54,456 bases of DNA from an uncultured Parvularcula sp. Its GTDB lineage: Bacteria; Pseudomonadota; Alphaproteobacteria; Caulobacterales; Parvularculaceae. Under the pieces are notes generated by a model. It saw only the letters and a program-made list of their open reading frames with translations, was not told the DNA's origin and made no database searches. A program made the position numbers and the translations under genes. Position 1 is the stretch's first letter. Each line of letters starts with the position of its first letter. Positions 10,239-18,913 of the stretch are shown here, in pieces. The stretch is taken from NCBI GenBank assembly GCA_963922235.1, contig CAWUIJ010000001.1, positions 1-54,456 of the forward strand, given 5' to 3'.

Positions 10239-11084
10239 GTGAGCGTTCCTGAATTTTCCATGCGTCAGCTCTTGGAAGCTGGCGTCCATTTTGGTCACCA
10301 AACCCATCGCTGGAATCCGAAGATGCGGACGTACATCTTTGGCGACCGAGGCGGTGTGCATATCATCGACCTCTCGCAAACTGTTCCTCTGCTGCACCAA
10401 GCGCTGACCAAGGTCCGCGACGTGGTCGCTGGTGGTGGCCGGATCCTGTTTGTCGGTACCAAGCGCCAAGCTCAGCAGCCTGTTGCTGAGGCCGCTGAGC
10501 GCTGTGCGCAGTACTTCATGAACCACCGTTGGCTCGGCGGTACGCTGACCAACTGGGAAACGGTCTCGGGTTCGATCAAGCGCCTTGGCGAGATTGAAGA
10601 AACCCTTGCTGGTGAAGGCAAAAGCCTGACCAAAAAAGAACAACTCAACATGACGCGGGAAGCTGAAAAGCTGAACCTGTCGCTCGGCGGTATCCGCGAC
10701 ATGGGCGGTCTTCCTGACCTCATGTTCGTGATCGACGTGAACAAAGAGTCGATTGCCATCAAAGAAGCACAGAAGCTCGGCATCCCGGTTGTTGCTGTCG
10801 TCGACACCAACTGCTCACCGGACGGCGTTACCCACGTCATTCCGGGTAATGACGACGCAAGCCGCGCGATCAGCCTTTACTGCAACCTCGTTGCTGATGC
10901 TGTCATCGACGGTCTTGGCGCTGCGGCTGTGGCGATGGGCGAAGACCTTGGTGAGCTTGAAGACCTTGAGGGCGAACCTGGCCTCGAAGAGCTCGTCGAA
11001 GGCGAAGCAGAAGCTGCTGCTGAAGAAGCACCAGCAGAAGCCGCTGCGGAAGCGCCAGCGGAAGAAGCTGAACCCCAGGCCTAA
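10239..11084 (+). CDS. rpsB: 30S ribosomal protein S2
   Basis: [25 protein letters not shown]; GTG start after GAAGGAG. Confidence 0.99.
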   Translation: MSVPEFSMRQLLEAGVHFGHQTHRWNPKMRTYIFGDRGGVHIIDLSQTVPLLHQALTKVRDVVAGGGRILFVGTKRQAQQPVAEAAERCAQYFMNHRWLGGTLTNWETVSGSIKRLGEIEETLAGEGKSLTKKEQLNMTREAEKLNLSLGGIRDMGGLPDLMFVIDVNKESIAIKEAQKLGIPVVAVVDTNCSPDGVTHVIPGNDDASRAISLYCNLVADAVIDGLGAAAVAMGEDLGELEDLEGEPGLEELVEGEAEAAAEEAPAEAAAEAPAEEAEPQA

Positions 11085-11210
11085 GGCCGATCCTATCACG
11101 AGCGGCGCGGGCCATCGCCCCGCCGCTTGACAAGCGCGGGGGCTGCAGCTCTAGCGCCCTCATTCACAAGTTCGTTGTTGCGGCGGCTTGCCCGCCACCT
11201 GGAGGATCCC

Positions 11211-12137
11211 ATGGCTGATATCACGGCCAAGATGGTCAAAGACCTGCGCGATAAAACCGGCGCGGGCATGATGGATAGCAAAAAGGCGCTGGTTGAAACC
11301 GGCGGCGATATCGAGGCTGCGGTCGATTGGCTGCGCAAAAAAGGCCTCGCAAAAGCGGCGAAGAAAGCTGGCCGGACGGCTGCTGATGGTCTCGTGGCTT
11401 ACGCTCTCGACGGCACAAAAGGTGTGGTCGTGGAAGTCAACGCAGAGACCGACTTCGTGGCGCGGAACGAAACGTTCCAAGGCATGGTTCGCGATATCGC
11501 TGACGTTGCTCTTACGGTTGACGGTGCCACGGACGCTCTCAAAACAGCGGCTTATCCGGGTGCGGACAAGTCGGTTGATGAGCACATTGCTGAGATGGTC
11601 GGTCAGATCGGCGAGAACATGAGCCTTCGCCGTTCCGAAGGTCTCTCTGTGACGTCGGGTGTTGTCGTGCCTTACATGCACACACCGATCGCTGACCGCG
11701 CTGGTAAAATCGCTGTGCTCGTTGCTCTTGAGACAACCGGCGACACGTCTTCGCTTGAAGAAGTCGGCAAGCAGATCGCGATGCACATCGCCGCTGCGCG
11801 TCCACAATCGCTCAACATCGATGGCCTCGACCAGGCCGTTGTTCAGCGCGAGAAGGACGTTCTGTCTGATCAAGCTCGTGCTTCGGGCAAGCCGGACAAC
11901 ATCATCGAGAAGATGGTCGAAGGCCGGATCCGCAAGTTCTATGAAGAGAGCGTCCTCCTTGAGCAGGTCTTCGTCATCGACGGTGAGACCAAGGTCAAAG
12001 ACGTCGTCAAGAACGCATCAAAAGGTGCGGGTGCTGACGTGACGCTCAAAGGCTACATCCGCTTCGAACTCGGCGAAGGCATCGAGAAAGAAGAAGATGA
12101 TTTCGCTGCTGAGGTTGCAAGCCTCTCGAAAGGCTAA
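11211..12137 (+). CDS. tsf: Elongation factor Ts
   Basis: [31 protein letters not shown]; GGAGG RBS. Confidence 0.99.
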   Translation: MADITAKMVKDLRDKTGAGMMDSKKALVETGGDIEAAVDWLRKKGLAKAAKKAGRTAADGLVAYALDGTKGVVVEVNAETDFVARNETFQGMVRDIADVALTVDGATDALKTAAYPGADKSVDEHIAEMVGQIGENMSLRRSEGLSVTSGVVVPYMHTPIADRAGKIAVLVALETTGDTSSLEEVGKQIAMHIAAARPQSLNIDGLDQAVVQREKDVLSDQARASGKPDNIIEKMVEGRIRKFYEESVLLEQVFVIDGETKVKDVVKNASKGAGADVTLKGYIRFELGEGIEKEEDDFAAEVASLSKG

Positions 12138-12160
12138 GGCCCAGCGCCATCGTTAAGAAT

Positions 12161-12190
12161 GCGCCGCGTTCGCAAGAGCGCGGCGTTTTT
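12161..12190 (+). terminator. Intrinsic terminator after tsf
   Basis: GCGCCGCGTTC-GCAA-GAGCGCGGCGT stem followed by T-tract. Confidence 0.8.
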
Positions 12191-12272
12191 GATTCTGCGC
12201 CCGCAATTGCAAGAGCGACATAGCCACGCCGGACTGAATCTGATAGCCCGCCGCAAATCGGGAGATCATCAC

Positions 12273-12986
12273 ATGGCAGAGCCGCTTTACCGCCGCGTCC
12301 TTCTCAAAGTGTCGGGGGAGGCGCTCATGGGGGATGGCGAATTCGGGATTGATCTCGAGACCGTCGAACGGATCGCTCAAGAGGTGAAATCCGCCACGGA
12401 ACTCGGCGTCGAGGTGTGCATGGTTGTCGGCGGGGGCAACATCTTCCGGGGCCTGAGCATGGCTGCGCGGGGGATGGAGCGCGCCAGCGCTGACTATATG
12501 GGCATGCTCGCGACGATCATGAACGCGCTCGCTGTCCAGAATTCTCTCGAAGCCATCGGTGCGCAAACCCGCGTGATGTCAGCGATCGAGATGCAATCGA
12601 TCTGCGAGCCTTATATCCGTCGCCGGGCGATCCGCCACTTGGAAAAAGGTCGTGTGGTGATCTTCGCAGGCGGCACCGGTAACCCGTTCTTCACGACGGA
12701 TACAGGAGCGGCCCTGAGGGCAGCGGTGATGGGCTGCGAAGCGCTCTTCAAAGGCACCCAAGTCGACGGCATTTACTCAGCGGATCCGAAAAAAGATCCG
12801 AGTGCCGAGCGTTACGACCGGATCACTTACCGCGATATCCTGACCAAAGATCTCCAGGTCATGGACCAGGCGGCGGTCAGCCTCACTCGTGAGAACGGTA
12901 TCCCCATCGTGGTCTTCAGCCTCCAGGACGGCATTGTCGGTGCCCTGACAGGGCAAGGCAAATACACGGTGGTCGAAGCAAGCTAG
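12273..12986 (+). CDS. pyrH: UMP kinase
   Basis: [27 protein letters not shown]. Confidence 0.99.
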   Translation: MAEPLYRRVLLKVSGEALMGDGEFGIDLETVERIAQEVKSATELGVEVCMVVGGGNIFRGLSMAARGMERASADYMGMLATIMNALAVQNSLEAIGAQTRVMSAIEMQSICEPYIRRRAIRHLEKGRVVIFAGGTGNPFFTTDTGAALRAAVMGCEALFKGTQVDGIYSADPKKDPSAERYDRITYRDILTKDLQVMDQAAVSLTRENGIPIVVFSLQDGIVGALTGQGKYTVVEAS

Positions 12987-13001
12987 AGCCTTTTTCTCCT
13001 G

Positions 13002-13017
13002 GATCAAAACAAGAACA
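13002..13017 (+). promoter_or_regulatory. Putative alphaproteobacterial LexA (SOS) box
   Basis: GATC-AAAACAA-GAACA (reverse complement TGTTCTTGTTTTGATC); one mismatch to GTTC-N7-GTTC, about 35 nt upstream of ORF 13052. Confidence 0.5.
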
Positions 13018-13051
13018 TTTGCTAGCTTCTGAAGTGCGTTAGGAGTTTGCT

Positions 13052-13477
13052 ATGATCGATCTTGAAGACTTTGTCCGGGAGGCAACGCTCAAAGTTCTGC
13101 GAGCAGTTACTGATGCCCGCAGCAAAGCTCCCGAGAGTGCCCAAGTGGCGCCTCATGACGTGGTGTCACAAAGTGAGCCGGCATTAGGGGTAAGTTCAGG
13201 AGCTTCCGGAGAGCTCGTGTCGTACCTAAACTTCGATATAGCTGTTACGGCGTCTTCTGAGCAGTCTGGAAAGGTCGGTGCTGGCGTTAAGATTCCTGTA
13301 GTGAACGCGCAGTTTGGGGCTTCAGGTGAGACCAGTGGCGGTTCCGGCCAGATAAGTCGCGTCGCCTTCACGATCCCGGTAGTTGTAAGTGATCCGAAAG
13401 CTGCATTCGACCAAAAGGCTCGGACGGAACGATTGAACCGCGAGGCCATGGCCCGCTTCGATGGTACGCAACTCTAG
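13052..13477 (+). CDS. Hypothetical protein, Trypco2-like (helix plus long Gly/Ser-rich beta-hairpin)
   Basis: DLEDFVRE helix, then LNFDIAVTAS...GAGVKIPVV...GASGE...SRVAFTIPV; AGGAG RBS; atypical codons (GTA, TCA, CTA, ATA). Confidence 0.65.
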   Translation: MIDLEDFVREATLKVLRAVTDARSKAPESAQVAPHDVVSQSEPALGVSSGASGELVSYLNFDIAVTASSEQSGKVGAGVKIPVVNAQFGASGETSGGSGQISRVAFTIPVVVSDPKAAFDQKARTERLNREAMARFDGTQL

Positions 13478-13511
13478 CATGTCATATAGCAGCAATAAGC
13501 GAACCTAATCC

Positions 13512-14222
13512 GTGCGCGGAGATCGCCAACCTTTTTCGCCGACGGAGCTTGCGCAGCTTTCGCGTTGCGAGAGCCAGGTCCTCTTTGACCAACGCTACGG
13601 GGTGAAGCGGTCCAAGCATTGGCAGAAGAGATCGGCCGAAGGCCGGGTCGTTCATGCGCGGATGCATGACGAGGTGACCCAGCCTTCGCCGCAAGGAAAA
13701 AAACGCATGCTGATTGTCATCATCATCGCAGCGCTTGTGGCGCTGATGCTCGCCATTTTGGCTCTGCAAGGCGGCGGTCGATCGAGCGACGCTTTGCTGC
13801 CACAGGAACTCAAGGGTGCAGAGCTCTGGGCCAGCGAAACCACGATGGTCCGGCAGAAACCCGTCCATATTCGCGGGCGCCCCGATGAGGTGTGGCTGAA
13901 AGACGGCCGCCGCACGATCGTGGAGACCAAGTCGCGCGAGGGCCGGGTCTTTGACGGCGACCGCATGCAGCTGGCTGCCTACGCGTATATCCTGCGCAGT
14001 GATGGCGGCCCGCCGGTCGCACCCTTTGCCTTTGTGCGGTTCACGGGCGGTGAACTCAGTTTTTCCAAGGTGCGTCTGAAGCCCGATGAGGACGTGATAG
14101 AGGCGCACCGCCAGCTTGCTGCGCTCAAGGCCGGAAAGGCCGATCCTGGCTTTGCAAAGCAGGCCGCGGTGTGTGCGGGATGCGGTCACCGTGAGCGATG
14201 CGCGTCACCAAAGGCGGCTTGA
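13512..14222 (+). CDS. Solo Cas4-like PD-(D/E)XK nuclease with internal transmembrane helix
   Basis: C19, G44xxxH48, E109, P124D125, E138xK140, Q153xxxY157, C221xxC224x5C230; 20-aa hydrophobic run at 66-85. Confidence 0.85.
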   Translation: MRGDRQPFSPTELAQLSRCESQVLFDQRYGVKRSKHWQKRSAEGRVVHARMHDEVTQPSPQGKKRMLIVIIIAALVALMLAILALQGGGRSSDALLPQELKGAELWASETTMVRQKPVHIRGRPDEVWLKDGRRTIVETKSREGRVFDGDRMQLAAYAYILRSDGGPPVAPFAFVRFTGGELSFSKVRLKPDEDVIEAHRQLAALKAGKADPGFAKQAAVCAGCGHRERCASPKAA

Positions 14223-14282
14223 CCTTTCTTCTTGGCCCCGGGGCGTTATAAGCCCGGCCTCGAACAAGAATTGAGGACGACC

Positions 14283-14834
14283 ATGAGCGACGGACCAGAT
14301 TTCTCCAAACTTGAGAGCCGGATGGACGGCGCTCTCGATAGCCTGAAGACAGAATTCGGGGGGCTGCGCTCGGGCCGGGCCTCTGTAGCCCTGTTGGAGC
14401 CTGTGGTTGTGAGCGCTTACGGCTCTGATATGCCGATCAATCAGGTCGGTACTGTTTCGGTCGGTGATGCGCGAACACTCGCCGTCAATGTCTGGGACAA
14501 AGGTCTCGTGAGCGCCGTTGAAAAGGGCATTCGCGATTCGGGTCTGGGCTTGAACCCTGTCACCGATGGCCAAATCGTGCGCGTTCCGCTGCCTCCGATG
14601 ACCGAGGAGCGACGCAAAGAGCTCGCTAAGATGTGCGGCAAATATGCGGAACAGACAAAAGTCGCGATCCGCAACGTCCGCCGCGACGGTATGGAAGAGA
14701 TCAAGCACGCCGATGGCCTGCCTGAAGACGACCAGAAAAAGATGTCGGAGCGGGTTCAAAAGCTCACCGACGAAAAGGTGAAAAAAGTCGAGGAAATGCA
14801 ATCCGCCAAGGAAGAGGAAATCATGCAGGTCTAA
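14283..14834 (+). CDS. frr: Ribosome recycling factor
   Basis: GLRSGRAS, LNPVTDG, PPMTEERRKEL, AIRNVRRD. Confidence 0.99.
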   Translation: MSDGPDFSKLESRMDGALDSLKTEFGGLRSGRASVALLEPVVVSAYGSDMPINQVGTVSVGDARTLAVNVWDKGLVSAVEKGIRDSGLGLNPVTDGQIVRVPLPPMTEERRKELAKMCGKYAEQTKVAIRNVRRDGMEEIKHADGLPEDDQKKMSERVQKLTDEKVKKVEEMQSAKEEEIMQV

Positions 14835-14863
14835 GCACCTCACGGTGCTAGGGAGTCGCCACC

Positions 14864-15640
14864 ATGTTTGCGCGTAAACTCGATAATGATGCTCGGCCTC
14901 CTGCCGCTGGCGGGGATGTCAGGCGCGTGGATCATGTTGCCATCATTATGGATGGCAATGGCCGCTGGGCCGAGGCCAAGGGCGTCTCGCGCCTCGATGG
15001 CCATCGTGCTGGTGTTGATGCTGCCAGACGCGCGGTCGAAGCGGCGCGCGACGAGGGCATTCGCACGGTCACTCTCTACAGTTTCTCGACGGAGAACTGG
15101 TCGCGTCCGGACTGGGAGGTGCGCCATCTTCTGGGCCTCCTCCGCCATTTCTTCCGGGACGATCTGGGCAAGCTCGCCAAGGAGGGCGTCCGTGTTCGGA
15201 TCCTGGGTGACCATGAAAGCCTTCCTCCTGACATTCGCTCCTTGGTGGATGAAGCCGAGGCGACGACGCTCAACAACGATCAGTTCACGTTACAGATCGC
15301 CTTTAATTATGGCGGGCGCGATGAGATCGTTCGTGCGGCAACAAAACTTGTTGCTAAAGCGGCGAAGGGCGCTCTGCAGCCGGAGGATGTCACGGAAGAG
15401 GCATTGTCGGTGCATCTGGACACCTCTGGCGTACCAGATCCAGATCTCATTGTGCGCACATCTGGCGAAGTGCGGATTTCGAATTTTCTCCTCTGGCAAG
15501 CGGCCTATGCAGAGTTCGTCTTCCTCGATGTTCTGTGGCCAGACTTTGATGCAAGTCATCTCAAGGCCGCGATCGAAGAGTATCAGAATCGCGAGCGACG
15601 CTATGGTGGCCGAAAGGGCGAGTGCGCCACCGCTTCGTGA
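14864..15640 (+). CDS. uppS: Undecaprenyl diphosphate synthase
   Basis: HVAIIMDGNGRWA, FSTENWSRP, RTSGEVRISNFLLWQ. Confidence 0.99.
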   Translation: MFARKLDNDARPPAAGGDVRRVDHVAIIMDGNGRWAEAKGVSRLDGHRAGVDAARRAVEAARDEGIRTVTLYSFSTENWSRPDWEVRHLLGLLRHFFRDDLGKLAKEGVRVRILGDHESLPPDIRSLVDEAEATTLNNDQFTLQIAFNYGGRDEIVRAATKLVAKAAKGALQPEDVTEEALSVHLDTSGVPDPDLIVRTSGEVRISNFLLWQAAYAEFVFLDVLWPDFDASHLKAAIEEYQNRERRYGGRKGECATAS

Positions 15641-16461
15641 CGACGGACACCTCCTTCCTGGCCGATAGCGCCAAGCCAGCGCTTCTCCAGCGAGTTTTGA
15701 CGGCGGCTGTCCTCATGCCGCTAGCACTTGGATCTGTGATTTTTGGCGGCCGTCTTTATGCCGGTGTCATTGCTGCGATGACGATCTTTCTGCTTTTTGA
15801 GTGGACGCGGATGGTCGATGGGGCGGAGTTCTCCCGCGGCTTTTACGTACTGTCTGCAACGGCTGCGGTGGCGAGTTATCTTGCGGCGGGGGGGCAACCC
15901 GTCTGGGCACTGAGTGTGACTGTGTTGGGTGGTGTCATTGCCACAGCGCTTGAATGGCCCAAACCCAACCCGCAGTCGTGGCCCGGTGTGGGCGCGGCGT
16001 ACCTTATTGTTCCTGCTGTTGCTGCGCTTTGGCTTAGGCGCGATGCGCCCGAGGGGTCGTTCTTCACGCTTCTTCTCTTTATCTGCACCTGGGCCGCCGA
16101 CAGCACTGCCTATTTCGTCGGTAAGACCGTCGGCGGACCGAAGCTGGTTCCTCAGATCTCCCCGAACAAGACCTGGTCGGGCGCCGCCGGCGCTGTTGTG
16201 GGCGCAGGTGCTGCGGGAGCTGCGCTCGCAATGCTTCTGAAGCCTGAATGGGTTTTGCTGGCTTGGGTGCTTGGATCGATCTTGGGAGTGGCGGTTGTCT
16301 GTGGAGACATCACCGAAAGCTACTTTAAACGCCGATACGGCATGAAGGACACTGGCGGTGCTTTTCCGGGGCATGGCGGGGTTCTGGATCGCTTGGACGG
16401 CTTTCTCTTTGCGGTCTTAGCGCTGGCAGCCGCTGTCATTTTGATGCAAGGCGCCCACTAA
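15637..16461 (+). CDS. cdsA: Phosphatidate cytidylyltransferase
   Basis: ISPNKTWSG, GDITESYFKR, KDTG..PGHGGVLDRLD; GTGA overlap with uppS. Confidence 0.97.
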   Translation: MTTDTSFLADSAKPALLQRVLTAAVLMPLALGSVIFGGRLYAGVIAAMTIFLLFEWTRMVDGAEFSRGFYVLSATAAVASYLAAGGQPVWALSVTVLGGVIATALEWPKPNPQSWPGVGAAYLIVPAVAALWLRRDAPEGSFFTLLLFICTWAADSTAYFVGKTVGGPKLVPQISPNKTWSGAAGAVVGAGAAGAALAMLLKPEWVLLAWVLGSILGVAVVCGDITESYFKRRYGMKDTGGAFPGHGGVLDRLDGFLFAVLALAAAVILMQGAH

Positions 16462-16486
16462 CGTTACGACAGGAGCTCTCGTTTCT

Positions 16487-17671
16487 ATGCTCAAGCGGCG
16501 CGCGACCATCCTTGGTGCCACAGGATCCGTGGGACAAACCACGCTCAATCTTATCCACGCAGCGAACAAGGCCCGCGACGCTGAGATCGAAGTCGTCGCC
16601 GTCACGGCCAACAGCAAAGTCGCTGAACTGGCCAAGGCCGCTATCGAATCAGGCGCCCAGTTTGCCGCCATCGCTAACCCGCATGCGGGTGAAGACCTCG
16701 CCTCCGCTTTGGTGGGAACGGGGATCCGCTCCGCAGCGGGCCCCCAAGCGATTGTGGAAGCCGCGCAGATGGATGCCGACTGGGTCATGGCAGCGATTAT
16801 GGGCGCAGCTGGGATTGAGCCGCTGCTGGCCGCTGCTGAGCGCGGCGCAAACATCGCTTTTGCCAACAAGGAGTGCCTAGTCTGCGCTGGCGATGCTGTG
16901 CTTGGCGCTATGGAACGGGGAGGCGGGCGCCTTCTTCCTGTGGACAGCGAGCACAACGCCATCTTCCAGGTGTTTGACGCAGAGCGCCCCCACAGGGTGC
17001 GGAAGCTCATTCTCACGGCATCGGGCGGACCTTTCCGTGATCGCGATCCTGCGACGCTGAAGGCGGTGACCCCTGAAGAAGCGGTGAAGCACCCCAACTG
17101 GTCCATGGGCGCGAAGATCTCGGTCGATAGTGCCACCATGATGAACAAAGGGCTGGAACGGATCGAAGCCGCTTATCTCTTCCCCGTACCGAAAGAGAAG
17201 ATCGAGATCGTGGTGCACCCGCAATCGGTGATCCACAGCCTTGTCGATTACGTCGACGGTTCAGTCTTGGCGCAGCTGGGCACACCGGACATGACGATCC
17301 CAGTGGCATCGGCCTTGGCATGGCCTGATCGGATCGCGACACCGGCTGAGCAGCTGGATCTCATCAAAGTGCGCCAGATGGACTTCTTCCCCGCTGACGA
17401 AAAGCGCTTCCCATGCCTCCGTTTGGCAAGGGAAAGCCTCGACGAGGGTGGTCTGGCCACCTGTGTGCTTAACGCGGCCAACGAAGTCGCTGTGGCTGCC
17501 TTTCTGAAGGGTCACCTGCCGTTCCTGGACATTGCCTCGGTCACCGAACATTGTCTCGAAACGGTGAGATCGAATCACGACAGCACAGCCCTCGACAACA
17601 TTTTGGCGACGGACAAGCTGGCGCGAGAAGCGGCCTGGGCACGGGTGGAAGCACTCGCAGACAGGGGTTGA
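16487..17671 (+). CDS. dxr: 1-deoxy-D-xylulose-5-phosphate reductoisomerase
   Basis: LGATGSVG, PVDSEHNAI, HPNWSMGAKISVDSATMMNKGLE. Confidence 0.99.
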   Translation: MLKRRATILGATGSVGQTTLNLIHAANKARDAEIEVVAVTANSKVAELAKAAIESGAQFAAIANPHAGEDLASALVGTGIRSAAGPQAIVEAAQMDADWVMAAIMGAAGIEPLLAAAERGANIAFANKECLVCAGDAVLGAMERGGGRLLPVDSEHNAIFQVFDAERPHRVRKLILTASGGPFRDRDPATLKAVTPEEAVKHPNWSMGAKISVDSATMMNKGLERIEAAYLFPVPKEKIEIVVHPQSVIHSLVDYVDGSVLAQLGTPDMTIPVASALAWPDRIATPAEQLDLIKVRQMDFFPADEKRFPCLRLARESLDEGGLATCVLNAANEVAVAAFLKGHLPFLDIASVTEHCLETVRSNHDSTALDNILATDKLAREAAWARVEALADRG

Positions 17672-17677
17672 GGATAG

Positions 17678-18901
17678 ATGCTGGAGACAGTGCTTGGCGG
17701 TGCGTCGACGGTTGCAGTGAGCATTGCCGCGTTCCTGGTGATGCTCCCGGTGATCGTGTTCATCCACGAGTTGGGTCACTTTCAGACCGGCCGCTTGTTC
17801 AGCATCAAGATTGATGCGTTCTCGATTGGCTTCGGGCCAAAACTCGCGGGTTGGGTCGATCGTCATGGTACGGTGTGGAAGGTCTCGGCTATCCCGCTCG
17901 GCGGGTATGTGAAATTCTTTGGTGATGCGAATGCGGCCAGCGCTGGGACCAATTCAGGCCAGACCGGCACCACGCAGTTCGGCTCCCAACGTGAAGCTCT
18001 CGAGGCAGCGCTGACAGAAGACGAGAAAGCCGTCTGCTTTCACTTCCGCCCCACATGGCAGCGCGCTGCTGTCGTTGCCGCCGGACCCATCGCCAATTTC
18101 GTTCTTGCGATTGTCATTCTCGCCGGTCTTTTGATGGCCCTTGGCCGTTTCACGGTGGAGCCTGTCATAGGTCAGGTGATGGAGGACAGCGCAGCAGCCG
18201 AGGCCGGCTTTAGGCCGGGCGACCGGATTCTCGAGCTCAATGGCGGCGCCGTCCGTTCTTTCGACGCCATGGCGACCCGCGTGAAGCTTTCGAGCGGTGA
18301 AGAGCTAACCTTCAAGGTGGAGCGGGATGGGGAGACCCTCACGCTTCTCGCCACGCCGCGCCGGGTCGAACAGACCGATGGCTTTGGTAACAAGGTTGAA
18401 GCGGGTCAGCTCGGCGTCTCCGCAGACCCAGAGTTTGTCAGCAGGCAACGCTTCGGACCCATTGATGCGACCGTCGAAGGCACGCGTGAAGTGGGCCGTA
18501 TTATCAGTGTGACAGGCCGCTATTTCACGCGGCTTCTCACCTTCCGCGAAGACCCCCGCCAAATTGGCGGACCGGTTCGCATCGCCCAGTTTGCAGGGCA
18601 GGCAGCGAGCTCAGGCTTTGTTCCTGCTGAGAACGTGACGCTCGGTGATCGGCTCATGACAAGCGCGGCCAATTTCTTGCAAGTCGCCGCTTTGATCTCG
18701 ATATCCGTCGGATTTTTAAACCTTTTGCCCGTTCCTGTGCTGGATGGTGGGCACTTGATGTTCTACGGGTACGAAGCTGTAGCGGGAAAACCAATGAATG
18801 AAGCCGTTCAGAACGGGCTATTTCGGATCGGTCTCGCGATAGTGGGGACCCTGATCATCTTTGTTTTTATCAACGACGTCGTCCGTCTCTTTCAGTCTTA
18901 G
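17678..18901 (+). CDS. rseP: RIP metalloprotease RseP
   Basis: HELGH, PLGGYV, PDZ domain, NLLPVPVLDGGH. Confidence 0.98.
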   Translation: MLETVLGGASTVAVSIAAFLVMLPVIVFIHELGHFQTGRLFSIKIDAFSIGFGPKLAGWVDRHGTVWKVSAIPLGGYVKFFGDANAASAGTNSGQTGTTQFGSQREALEAALTEDEKAVCFHFRPTWQRAAVVAAGPIANFVLAIVILAGLLMALGRFTVEPVIGQVMEDSAAAEAGFRPGDRILELNGGAVRSFDAMATRVKLSSGEELTFKVERDGETLTLLATPRRVEQTDGFGNKVEAGQLGVSADPEFVSRQRFGPIDATVEGTREVGRIISVTGRYFTRLLTFREDPRQIGGPVRIAQFAGQAASSGFVPAENVTLGDRLMTSAANFLQVAALISISVGFLNLLPVPVLDGGHLMFYGYEAVAGKPMNEAVQNGLFRIGLAIVGTLIIFVFINDVVRLFQS

Positions 18902-18913
18902 GATTTGCTGCCC

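Noticed and set aside
10940-11084. Glu/Ala/Pro low-complexity repeats at the end of rpsB
   Set aside because: Acidic S2 tails are common in alphaproteobacteria.
12987-14282. CRISPR-Cas locus around the Cas4-like gene
   Set aside because: No repeat-spacer array or other cas genes were seen anywhere in the window.
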